The notes beneath the pieces are model-generated. The model was not told where the DNA came from, ran no database searches, and saw only the letters and a list, made by a program, of their open reading frames with translations. Shown in pieces: positions 24,997 through 38,100 of a stretch of 64,000 bases of DNA. The DNA is from Styela clava (taxonomy: Eukaryota). Position 1 is the stretch's first letter, and every line of letters starts with the position of its first letter. A program made the translations under genes and the position numbers. The stretch covers positions 10,664,001 through 10,728,000 of the forward strand of contig NC_135254.1 in the NCBI RefSeq assembly GCF_964204865.1. Direction: 5' to 3'.

Positions 24997-27900
24997 TAGC
25001 TTGTTTGCTACATTGATTGGCTCATTAATTGCGCTTTGACTTCTACTGCAGAAGCAAGGATAACCATTACTATGGCCTTCTTACTAAGGAAATGCATGTC
25101 GAGAAAACAACAACGGAGAATATGACTAATCTAAGCAGAACGAAGATGGAAATGACACGTACCACAACTATTAGAATAATACATGAACATCATGACAACT
25201 TTATAAGCAAAGCCAAGTAAAGCGATGAATATTGTGGGCTATACTAGAGTTTTAACCTAATAAATGTACAGTAATCTCTTGTGACCGACTGCTGTGCTAT
25301 CGTAAATGGCAGAAGGATTATTGAACCATTATTAAAAATACATTATTTGATATTTGTAAGAAAACTATTCATTTATGAAATAATAAATCCATGAGATTAG
25401 ATCAATTGCGTCTTGTGGAACAAAAAACAACAACATAAAATTCAAAAATCTGTGTTGAAATAAATGAACGATTGTTGGTAAATGAGATGAATTCAGGTTT
25501 TAAGTTTCACACAAAAAATTTAAATTATATGTAACAACATGATTTCTCGAATATCATTCTTTCTCTTGAGGGGTGTAATTAGACACTTTTATTTTCCATT
25601 GCAGAAATGAGTGTAACATTACGATGATGACTTGTGCAACAAACACTATTTTCTGAGAGTAAATGTGTGAGCTACATATTTGATTCAAAATTTACGATTA
25701 AATATTGTAAACTGTATTTTAGAGATAAAATAAGTAAAATAACTGTTAACGTTCTGGCATTTGCGAAAATGATTCACTGGAATAATTAGTCATAAAAAAC
25801 GAACCTTGGTGATCCCCTCGCATTTAATTGAGTTAGATAGTTAAATCTGTATTCAATTTGCATTTGTTCGTTTATCATTGCATCTTAGCCACCTGTGTTG
25901 TATATTTGGAAGATATGAGCATTTCGCACTGTGAGTAAATATCCTCAATCGAAATTAGTATAGCGATACCAAGCAGTGTTATGTAATTGGGGCATTGGCG
26001 TATGTATCAAGCGCACGTATTTAACTTATCTATTACATATGCCTGAAATTATACATATTTTAAATTTCAATAAAATATGAATAAATTAATATACTAGTGG
26101 CAGAAGTAACTGAATGTCAAGTATTTATCAATTCTTTGGAAAAGTTTCTTTAAAATGTTTTGGTATTTTTATTAGTCATTTTGTTTAACACTTTTTTCAT
26201 AGCTAATCTTTTTTACTGCTAGTTACGTCCGCAAAGCGTTACAATCTATATTTGAATTTTGTCAGCTTATATGATTCAGAAGAATGAGAATCGAATCAAT
26301 ATTTTTGTTTGTTCTTCTTCAATATCCGAGGCTTCTGAACGCAGCAGGTATTATTTCATTGCTATGACTTTTTTTTAGAAAATTTACTGAAAACAAGATT
26401 ACTCATTCAGGTATAAGGGAGATTGATCTGATTAAAGATTTTGAGACTATAAGAGATTAAGGGATAGAATTGAACGTTGGTAAATACCGATCGGCACTAA
26501 GCTTAAAAGCAGTTCATATCAATACAATCATTAAAAGATGTGTGAGGTATTGAATTCCATATACATGGAGTTTTTGGAATGAACCTAGGAATTATAGGTA
26601 CACTAACAGTAAACCGATGAGAGCTCACAGTCAATCGTATTTAACGGCTGAAAACTTTTTAGGGGGACAATATTCACATTTTTGAACATTTGGTAAGCGG
26701 TAACAACGGTTGCCTGACAATATGAAATGGTAAAATTTGTTTAGATAATATAGGATTACATTACGTTGAATATAGTTCCAAATATTAATTTATTTTGCCA
26801 GAATGTCGGGAAACGCCCATGGATCTTGTATTTATGCTGGATGGATCGGGTTCTATCACAAATGTGAATTGGGAGCTTATGAAGTCATGGGTCAAGTTGG
26901 TAGCAGAAAATTAAGACTTAGGCGGATTAACACAGATTGGCGTCGTTCAGTTCTCACACTGGTTTTCAAATGAGAAGTAGCTATAGAAAGAGATTTCATT
27001 TTATTTAATTAGATTTAAGCCGCATTGATACCTAATTTATTTAAATTATTCAAAGCAGCTGCTCTATCAGTCAAGATCAAATTGCCTAGAAACAGCTTCC
27101 ATGACATGTATTTGGCTTAACTTTGTGGCGAAGAATGATTCCTTCTTAAGCGTCAAATGAGATCATCATGATCATAATATTTCAAAAATTATGTCAACAG
27201 TGTTTTAGCTATGTTTTATCTTTTAGTTCTTTATTAGAAATTAACAAAGAATTAGTTTTGATCGTTTTCCACTTTGTTCCACTTCGGTGCGAGTGTTTTT
27301 ACGACTTTTATCTGGGTACAGTAAGACTAAGATACATTCTTCAAAAATCATTTTCGGCGTTTGTTTGTGTTTTCAAATTCTTTGTTATTCGATAAAAAAA
27401 ATTCGATAAAACAATTTTCATTTTTTTTTCATAGCACACAGCCATATTTAAAAACTGAAATTCAGCTAGGAAAACTGAAGACCAAAGCCCAATTGAAGGT
27501 AAAATATTCATCAATGGTTGAGCAGTCGAGACTGGTACCGTCACGGTAAGATCAGACCACAGTTCTTGCTGATAAGGTATCGAACATGGCGGAATAAAAA
27601 GTATTCCTCTCTAAATAAAATACAATATTAAACTTTCGAGATAATCATTTGGTTCTATAATTCTTAAAAAAAATACCATTCGTAACAAAAAAAAGAAGTT
27701 AGCATATTTTAGATTCACATGTACAATAAACGCATTTGCAAAACAAAGCTTGTGAGATAGTGTGGCGTCACGTTTTATGCGAAAAAGGACTAAAGAGTGA
27801 TGTTTATTAAAGTAATATAAGAACTAAAATAATAACTGAGTATTCATTAGGCCGCTGTTGACGAAATATCAATTCATGGATTCACAACTTACACTGCACA

Positions 27901-29427
27901 TGCTATCAACAAAACAGTAAACGACGATTTCATGAGATCTGATCGTTTTTATGATGCTTCAGTAAAGAAAGTCATTATTTTATTTACAGATGGAAGGTAA
28001 TAATTTTATTTCAATGCCTGAATACAAGCAAAATGCATCTTTGCATCGTATCGTTAACTGTTGTTCATGTTTTTGTTATTATTGTTAATTTTCACGGTTC
28101 ATGTAATGGTAGTTAGCAGAGTTCTTTTGATATATCCGTATATTTAGACCCTTTGTTTTTTTTCAACTTGGGTTTCTGCGCGATATATATTATTTTTATA
28201 TCATCAAGATATTAGTTGTTGAAAATCTAAATAAATGTTATTTCAAAGCTTATTACTCAGAATTGCTACTTTATTATTTACCAAATTATTCTAATCTTAG
28301 ACATCCAAAAATTAAGAAGTAGTATAAAACCGTTTTTGTTTTGCTCGATTTATTGAAGGTATGTAGATTATATGTATGTAGATTGTAGATGATTGTAGAT
28401 AATTTTTTAAATCTTTTGAAGATCTACCGACAGAAATGATTTGCTTTTGTCAGCAAAATATGCTCGGTCAAATGGGATTACTATATTTGCAGTTGGTGCT
28501 GGAGGTTATGTAATGGAGGAATTACAGGTAATCTGAAAAGTTGTAACAAATTGAAATAAGAGAAATTTTATGTATCAATATGTTATAGCTTTTCTATCTT
28601 TTGTCTAATCATTATATTTCTGTGTATTGAAGATTGTTCATCAACAAGACTGAGAAAGTATAACCAAATTAGTTATCAGGATAAAACTCTTTTTGACTGA
28701 GATTGATAAGTAACAATGTAGGCTACTGTAGTTGTTTAAATGTTCTTTCTATTTGGGCATTCGTGAGTGAGACCAGCTTCTTCTCTGTTTCTTATATCTG
28801 GGATTGGCAAAAAATATTTCATTCAAATAATATTTTTCTATTAATTAAATAATTAGGCATGATGATGGAGAAATGACGTATCGCGGGAGCTCGAGCTGAT
28901 ATGCGACTGACGACGTTCCATTTAATCGCTGTAGCCCCAGTATTGATGACATTTGTGGCTGCGAGCCATCGCACACTTGATTTGGATTTGTTCGCAATTA
29001 CTGGATGGTGTGCTATATAGTAACTGAGAAAACACGCAAACCTATAAGCCATACTCGCATATTAATTTCATTCTGACAAAATGTCTATAACTCTGGCGAT
29101 GAATTTGTATCCCATGATTAGATAAGTTAGGACTCCATGATCCAGGAGAATTTGGAAATATTGAATAACCATCATTGTATGATACACCGATAAAGTCAAC
29201 TAATACACATTATGCACATGCACGTGATTTGCATATAAATCTACCCGATAGACGCTCAGGATCTCCGCTGACACATGAGGCCCGTTCTCCAGCAAAACTG
29301 TAAGCCATGGAAGCAAAATTGCAGATCAATAACGGCAGTGTATTGCGGAACTGCCAGTTTATTTGGACGCTGCGCGGCTCTTCAGCATCTCAGCTTGTGC
29401 GGTTTTCTGTGTCTAATTGTCAAAACA

Positions 29428-29614
29428 GGTGACCGTACATTTGAACCCATGTACATTTGAACCCATGTGTATATCCGCGGGTTCAATCAATATGCGGGTT
29501 CTAAAACCCATGGGTTAGGTTAGTATGAGTACAAATATCCGTAAAACCAAAAAAATTTCCATAGGTGCAATGGCATGCAGGTGCAATTGTCGTGGGTTCA
29601 AATGTAAAGAAACC
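29428..29614. mobile_element. MITE with 9-bp TSD (Mutator- or Merlin-like) in V2 intron 5
   Basis: GTCAAAACA duplicated at 29419-29427 and 29615-29623. TIR core TACATTTGAACCCA / TGGGTTCAAATGTA. Empty site in V1 and V3. Confidence 0.88.
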
Positions 29615-31460
29615 GTCAAAACATGTTCACTTGAATTCCTAACTTCCAAAGTTTCCCCAGTTGTGGAATATCGAAATTAGTTTACTAGAAAATCATCTGG
29701 AGCAACATCCAACAAATCGATACATCCATACGTTTGATATCAGAGCAGTATGTTTCCTTATTGCAAACGATTGCGGAAGTTCTACCATAATACACTGCAT
29801 TTAATGAATGATCTCGTTTGCAATGAATTTTCATTTAGGAATATTTACTATAGTGACGCTATGATTCGAGTATTTTTCCACCATTCACGTTTTGCCTGTG
29901 TTTGAACATATTTGAATAAACAGAGCTAGGATTGAGGGCATGGACGTGCCAAACTTTGCTGCTGTCCAGTATGAGGTTATGATAATGATTCCCCCCAACT
30001 TTAAAAATAATTCGGGGGATAAACAAATTAAAGCTGTTGCTATACATGAGAATGAATAATTTAAAGGTCACGTATGAGGGGGAATGTTTGTAAAATTGTG
30101 ATAAATCACTAAATAGCCAGACGAGCAAAAGGGCGGTCAGCCAATGCTGATTCACCACAACCATCACAATCAGTCACACAAATCTATACACGTCATGTCA
30201 GCTTTTACTTGAATAAAACACATAGAGAAAAATGTGTGAAATCGCGAACTCTACAGCTTGGATCTGCTGCCCGCTCATCCGCTGGCAGAGGGAGGATGAA
30301 ATTCACTTAGTCTAAGTTGAATTAAATGTTTCAAGCATGTACTGGCACAATAAGCCACTTCTCACATATCTCAATACCTGTATCTTAGAAAACATATTTG
30401 AGCTATGTTCAGCTATAGATCATAGTTGAATTATACCCGAGGAAACTTGAACTCGACCTTGGCAAAAACAACTATGTGTTGGCATGTAATAAGACTCCAA
30501 CATCCTCTTAATTTTATTTTTTAATTTGGCATTCACTGGTATAATTGTCTCCATTACAATTTTAATATTCTATTTATGTCTTTGTGTTCACGTTTAACGA
30601 CATAGTTGAATTGGTATCATATGAGGAAGTATCAAATAAAACGGTAACAAATTTTTTTTTTAGTAACAATCAAGACCTAACCTTTTATTGCTTGGCTACA
30701 TCGGATGTTTAAACCGAAATTGGGACAGTCGTAAAATGCACACAAGTAAAACTCCACTGGCGAATAAATTTTATATATTTTGACTTTTATTTACAGATTA
30801 TTGCAAATGGCCAGATCAATAACAATGAACGAGTGATTACAGTTTCAAATTTTACTAGGCTGAATACTACGGTAGATATTTTAAAGCAAGGTATATGTGC
30901 TATTCAAGGTAATGTTGATATTAATAGTCAATTTTTATTGAGGCAGCTACGATATGTTAGTAGCATATAATTTCGTACTACGTTTTCATTCTTTGCGCCC
31001 GAATCTGATATTGAGCCAAGACACTATAATAATTTTTTTTGTTTAAATCAGTGGATTATAAGATGAGATGCTTTTTGCAGGCTACCACAGCATAATCAAC
31101 GATCGAAATTTATTTTCTCGTTTCCGAAAAGCATTTCGTTCAATGCGCAGAGCTAATAATAACTCATTTCCTACAGATTTTATAGCATATAATATAGAAA
31201 TTCACATTCACCACAAGGTATAACAGCTCAAATGTACAAATTAAAGAGGGAATTATATAATATTCAAAAAAAAATATTCATATTTGTTTATAGTTCCCTT
31301 CATAGTGTCTCGCTACACTTGCACAACTTCATCGCTAGAAGTTCAATGGAAAACAACTACATTTGAGTCGGTCTTCTCATACAGACTTCAAATTCAGGTT
31401 ATATTAATAAGTAGAATGAAAGTCATTATATTGCTCTAAACATTTTACTGTGCGCTAGAA

Positions 31461-32747
31461 CAGTGGTTCCCAAACTTTTTTGACCCCTAAAGTAGTATAT
31501 ACAACTTCATCAGGGTTCTACCTCCTCAAAAACCGCCGTGTACTCTTGCTTTATAGCATTTCACTTCCTAAATTCATCCCATTTCACATTAAAATAATGA
31601 AAACAAAGTTCGTAATAATAATTTTCGTACATCTCATTCATTCCTACAGCCTGATGACTGGCAACAAAATACTTCGGAAAAATTCATCCCCGATTCCTCA
31701 TCCTACCACGGCCTCCAGTCCGATCACCAGTCCATAGAATTAATCAGCCATTTGTTTTTGGATTCATGGACTCACATGTGGAAGAAGCCGTGACCGACTA
31801 TCGGCTACTGCCCAGGGGTCGGCAAAGATTATGTCGCTCGTGGGACAAAATTTAGGGTTGCTAGTCTTTTGCGGGTCCAATATATTTTTTGAAAGTTAAA
31901 AATGGTACAGTACGAAAACTGCGACAATTCGTGAACTCAACTCAGTCGTCTTATTAAAAAATTATTTCAAATGACATTCAACGTGACACTGTCTTGTTGC
32001 TGTATCACGCTTGATAGCTTTACGACGCCAAGATTGGAACATTTTCCAAATGGGCATCACTAACCCCAATTCTTTGCTTGTTCTTTGTAATGTTCATTTT
32101 CAAAAATAATTGTTCGCACAAATATGTACTTCCAAACATCGAAGTGAATATTTTTGCATGGTTTCTGAAATTTTGATGAAGATTTTCTTTAAGAAGATAC
32201 GTTCTTACAAAAATGAAGCAGTGATGAATCTCTCGAATCGAATATGAATTTTATTTTCCTATTGCAAGAATTCTTTTCGATACTTTTAAATAACAGATTG
32301 TTGAATGGTATGAATTAGAAAGATAGTTTGAAACAATTACCCCATTTTACAGGCAACTACTCGCGAAACCACTCTTAAACTAAGCACTGAAAATTTAAAA
32401 ATGGTAAAATATACAAAGAATTTTCCGCAGTCAAAGGTCGGGAAAGGTCCATTCAGTGAATCGACCGGGCCAGATTATTTTACTCCGGCCGTATTTTGCC
32501 GACCACTGGGATACGCAAACTACCGTACTTTACTGCGAAGACGAGTTCAGCAACCCCTTCACGTGTAATAATCGCCCACATGATTCAAGACTGCGAATGC
32601 ACACAGAGTACAGAATTTGGTGCACGATGCGCCAAACAAAAACAGATTACGCGAAATCGCCCCTCTATCGCCCCCTTCGATTTTTTCGCCCCCCTCTGTA
32701 TCGTTTTCTCCCACCGGGGGGCGATATCGCCACTTTGGGAATCACTG
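31461..32747. mobile_element. Non-autonomous hAT element in V2 intron 7
   Basis: TIR CAGTGGTTCCCAAA / TTTGGGAATCACTG with a perfect 8-bp TSD CGCTAGAA. Empty site with a single CGCTAGAA in V3 (about 61734). Confidence 0.93.
31813..32508 (-). mobile_element. Inner hAT element carrying a transposase C-terminal (dimerisation domain) remnant
   Basis: TIR CAGGGGTCGGCAAA / TTTGCCGACCACTG. Minus-strand 32190-32020 reads KENLHQNFRNHAKIFTSMFGSTYLCEQLFLKMNITKNKQRIGVSDAHLEN, resembling the Buster/SPIN-type STYxCEQxFS motif. No TSD. Confidence 0.78.
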
Positions 32748-33394
32748 CGCTAGAACATGCAATTATATGCTTGGTATCACAATTATGTATTTAACTTATA
32801 AGGATCTCAAGACCAAAGAAACCAAGAAGACAAGCGTTCAACTACTCATGAAAAAGGAACCAACAATAAAAATTCACGAAGAAAACACATCTTCGAAGTT
32901 TGCTTGCGTCACTACGACAAATTTGTATATTTCAAGCAACTACGAAATCGTTGTTGAGCAAATATCGGCAAAAACAAACAATCAAAAAAAAACTATATCC
33001 AAAGTTCTTCACAATGCAAATGGGAAGACTGTTATGCGGTTAACGTTTCTTGACTTTGTCTAAGTTATATTCCGGATATCAGACATTTTCAGAAAAAGAT
33101 ATTTTTTACACATACCAACTTGAAACACATGTAAATCTATAAATGTGTGCGTGTTTTTTTCATTCAGTGTATCGGTGGAAACCAAATAAACATATTAGGA
33201 CAATCCGTCTATTATATGCTGATATAGCCACCACCACATTCAGAGTGTAATAAACTGGGTTAGGAATGCGGAACCGGAAATATTCTGGTCCACCAAGCTC
33301 TGTTCTTTATGTATTATTGACTACTTCCATGGTTTCTTATTCGAAATGAAATTGTGGGGAACACTTCATAAAAATAGTGCCAACTGATTACAAC

Positions 33395-33613
33395 TTTAGT
33401 CACAGTGCGAAATGCTCATATCTTCCAAATATACAGCACAGGTGGCTAAGATGCAATGATAAACGAACAAATGCAAATTGAATACAGATTCAACTATACT
33501 ATGATCAATTAAATGCGAGGGGATCACCAAGGCTCGTTTTTTATGACTAAATATTCCAGTGAATCATTTTCGAAAATGCCAGAACGTTAACAGTTATTTT
33601 AGTGTATCTCTAA
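33395..33613 (-). repeat. Inverted ~220-bp copy of the V upstream region inserted 3' of V2
   Basis: Reverse complement of about 25718-25940 (e.g. GGATCACCAAGG vs CCTTGGTGATCC; GGTGGCTAAGATGC vs GCATCTTAGCCACC). Absent in V3 at about 62380. Confidence 0.85.
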
Positions 33614-35175
33614 TTGATTGGAATTCGATTCAAATCGATAATAGGCCTACATTCAATTATCCAGGCTGTACAGGGTCATTCGATGATGGCGAGGAAAGCC
33701 AACATTGCTTGACAAGCAAACTCAGTCCAGTTGAAATAAACTGAATATTTTCTACTTCATTCAGATTCCAGCTTTGTCAAACAGATTATCACCATGTAAT
33801 GTAAATAGATGGAAATCATGTTTTTAAATTTATAAGAAAAATTTATAGATTTTTGTAATATTATTCGAGGACGCTTTCGAGGTCAATTTGACAATCAGCT
33901 AACTAAAGAAAATCATTCGAACATTTATGTTTTTACGTGGTGACGTATTGTTTTACGTCACAATTCACAAATACCGCAATCAATGTTATGCTACGGTTCA
34001 CATCATGAGAAAAAGTTTACCAAGAATTTATATGTGATTTTTATTTAATTTGGAAAGATTTAGGTCATAATTGAACAAATACCTTCAATTCGAATTATTA
34101 ATTCAAGATTATATGGTTACAAACATTATTTTTATTGAATATATAATCTTTTTGACTTATATTCATAGTTTTGTACAAGACAAAAACAATAATGGACCAT
34201 ACAAGTATGTTCTGAATTTAGTTATATGTTAAATTTTCCATTACGAACAAAACGAAATCAAGTAATTTTTAAAGTGACATATTTACTATGTGGTCGTGAA
34301 TTCTATTATTCTTTTATGTCAGTTTGAAGATTTCTTGATAGTGTTGATAAACAATTACAAGAAATTCCATTTTAATGATAACATGCATATTCTTATTCAA
34401 ATTATGTTTAATCTAACTACTTGAAAAGTCTTTATCAAGAATGTAACCAATTTAAGGTTTTTTTTCTGCTCATATTTTATTCAAAGTATTGACATGCAAG
34501 GCAAATAGGTGAGTGTGAACTTATCACTTAGTCCTATAGCATTATATAATAAGACGATTTCACCAAGCTTCAAATTATTAAATACCGAATATTGAAAGAA
34601 GAATGTCAGTGGCACATACAAACAAAGAAGAAACAAACTTAACAAGAAATGTGCTTCTAAATTAGAAGGAAAAACGGGATGGATGTTATCAGGGTAAACT
34701 TTTCAATCGAATATTTGAGATTAGAAATACCTGTTGAAAACATTTAATAGTTAGGCAATAGTGCTTGTGTACTCGTTTTCATTTATGGTGGGAAATAGAG
34801 AACCGAGGAATATCACAATTCATCCATAATACAATACATCAAACTTATATTATTAAACGGACGCTTGAAAAGGGGCAAATGTATTTCAAAGAAACCATTA
34901 CCAGCCTAGATCACGTTATGCGAGTTATACAAATCCAGATCCATCTTCGGCATATTTAACAAAACGCATCGGCAGATGACGTCACTACACTTGATTTGCC
35001 TTTATTAAAAAATCCGAAATTTACATCTGCGATACTCACGAAAAAATAAACGTTTATAATTTGATTTGTTTCAATAAATATCAGTTAGCACAAGCGCAGA
35101 AGTTCAAGAACAAGTAGTAATAGGTAAAGTCACAACAAAAGTAGCAATGGTTGATCGTCATTGATAATCAACATT

Positions 35176-38100
35176 TCAAGCAGCATATTCACTTTCAGGC
35201 ACTGAATTGATGTACGGATGTTCCTTTGTCATGCTATTATTCATTTCTTCGTATTGATGATTTTCGTCTTTTATTTCTTCATAATTATGCGGGATTTCAT
35301 AATATCCTTCTTTCTCTTCTCCTAACTCATAGTTTCCGGAGTTCAGTTGTGATGTTTGAATTTCATCAATTTTTTCATTAGAACTCGAGACATCATTAAC
35401 AACGTTATTCATCTCTGAAAGACGTTGTGGTTGAGTTGCGATTTTTTGAGAATTCCCTCTGTAAACAACAATAAGCGAAATTAAAAATAAGTTCGAAATA
35501 ATTCATACGTAGGATTTTGAACAAGAAACAAAGACATAGATTGTTTATCGAATTGCTTCCACCATAAATAAAATTGACATCATTGTGATCGATTGACACA
35601 AAACATTGGACGAAAATGTTCTTCCAGTCCAGCATTTCAGACATTTTTCCGGAAAATAAGATTGGGTATACGACTGTATAAAAAGGTTCACTTAACTGAT
35701 TAAATTTAAAGGAAATACTAGAAATTTCCGGAAAATATACACATTTTATTGTAGTATCGAACATTTACTCACCTCATTACTTTGCATCTACGAATCAGCA
35801 AACCAATTCCGAATAAAATAGCTGCGAGAATCAATGTGACTATGGATGAGATAATTGCAACCAATAAATTGTTGTGGTCTGCAATATAATTCAACATATA
35901 CTAAGAATCATGAAACTTAAAAAATCTAACAGGAATTCACCACGAAACAGTACTGAAGAGCGGTTAAACATGAGTTGTAAAAATTTGAAAGTCAGTGAGT
36001 ATATTGTACTACAAAATGGTAGTTTAGAAACTCTAATTTTGTGCACTTCAGACTAATGTCTCCTATAATTTGTAATCTATTTTAATCTTACCAGCCGTTG
36101 TGGTAGTGGTGATTGCACTAGTGGGAAAGAGAATGTTTATCTCCGTAGTTTTTGTGTTGTTTGCAATGGCAGACAATGTGGAAGTATGTGTCATGTAAGT
36201 AGGAGTTGTAAATCCATGATATATATTCGTTGTTGTCATTTCAACAGTTGCCGCGGTGGACGTTCTATTACAGGCAGTGTCTCTCGAACAATTGGCCGTC
36301 TGAATAAAGTAATTGTTATTTAGCAATTTTTCGTTTAATAAATGTACGATAATTTTTTATATATTCCAACAGTTATTTAAATCCGAAATTTAGTGTTCTT
36401 CAAACATTCATAATAATTTAAAAATGCAAAAAATTTAATTCACACGCTAATAAAAAATGTAAATAGTGAATAATTTAGATGAATCAGAAACTTTTTAGGA
36501 GAATTTGTCAATAGCCAGGTCCTGCGCCCTGAATCAGAAGTATCAGAAGTATACACTTTTAAGATCGCAGAAACACTAAGATGGTAAGAATAAAACAACA
36601 TAGAATGATGATATTTTTCTTTAGAGCGCTTTAAAAGATCATAAATCATTGAATTGCTTTATTTCTTACATCAAAATTAGGACCAATGCAAATATTGGGC
36701 CCCGCCCTTCCCGTGTCAATGCATGTCCGATTCCTTACTTTCATCATAGAGCTGCAGTTACATATACTCCACGATGACCAGGTTTCCCAGAATTTTCCTA
36801 CATAGCGTAAAGATAATCATAAGTGTGGTTCCGCTTTTTATTGATTTTGTTGATGATGCAAATTTCCTCTATATCTCATTCTGATTTTCTGATTTTTCAA
36901 TTTATTGTTTTTTACAACTAACTATAGACTCCGAGCCAGATTTATTTTATCATAGTAGAAACTAAGTTAAGTTGGGGTTCGTGTTAAATCTATATATCTC
37001 TTTTAACCTTTTGCGTTTTACCGAAACCCTATTTTTCTAAATAAAGCTAACCAATCGAAACATATTTTTAACTGAATGTGGGAGGTAAACTACCACAATG
37101 CTTGCTTGATGTGTCGGCACGTTTTATCGGAGACAAAAGAAAATCATTTTTAACGGAATTTTAAAATCTTGTGAGCAATGAGAATTTTCCAACGTTAAGG
37201 GATTTTGCTCTGAGAATCTGATCGATGTTATAAAGCACTTACATTTGCAGAAGCACTTTCTACGTTGTGAAGAGTTTTCACACTAAATGCCTAAATCTCT
37301 CTACCTACATCAGGGGTCGGCAACCTACGGCCCGCGGGCAGGATCCAAATCAGGTGTTTTTACGATTATATTCTTTACCTAACAGAATTTATTGCGAGAC
37401 ACGTGTAGACTAAACTATATTATAATCTAACAGGTATAAAATTCACAATTACTCGTTTAATGAGCCTATAATTTCATTATAATTAGACAAATGGCAACAA
37501 AACGCAGAAAAGTTGATGTTAATTGCAAAGGTTCAATGGTGCCGAAAATATTCGAATGAAATTTTTAAGATGCAATGCAATGTATCACTGCTTGATTTTT
37601 ATTATAAAAAGTATTATCCGTTCCGTTTTCAACTTTCTAAAAACATGTGCGGCCCGCCAATGACTTGCAACCCTTAATTTTGGCCCGCGAGCGACAAAAG
37701 GGTTGTCCACCCCTGGCCTACATCTTGCACTAAATATAGATATAGGAAGACTTTTGCAGGTTTAGTAAGTTTTTTTGGTGGTTGTTTGCATGTTTTAGCT
37801 TGATAAATGATAACAGGCAAATAAAAACTTGATTTAAAACAGTTCTCTTTGAAATTAAATATAGCAATTCGATCTGTCACCTCATCATTTCAAATATTTT
37901 TTAATTTTTTATCTTCAATATCACAAAATAACGTTGAAAATTCGCTTCTCCTCGCTGTCGCTAGACATTTTACTCACCGATAATGCGTTGACACACCAAT
38001 CCTTTCGACCCTGTTCCTGTAATACAGTCCATGGTATGCCATAGAAGATCTGTGTCATAAGTATTTTGTTCACCTATCGATACGCAAGTCTCTGTTCCAC

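Larger units (their letters stand above)
26284..33189 (+). pseudogene. V2: vWA + FN3-like gene with a nonsense mutation in exon 2
   Basis: Exons 26284-26347, 26802-26976, 27435-27498, 27851-27996, 28422-28527, 30797-30908, 31294-31397, 32803-33038, 33168-33189 (or exon 8 reads through to a stop at 33063). TAA at 26912-26914 where V1/V3 have TAT. The exon 2 donor is GTAGCT versus GTAAGC. Confidence 0.85.

Noticed and set aside
32456-32794. ORFs 32456-32794, 32496-32753 and the N-terminal part of 32617-33063
   Set aside because: They lie inside the hAT insertion. Only the part from 32803 is the real V2 exon 8.
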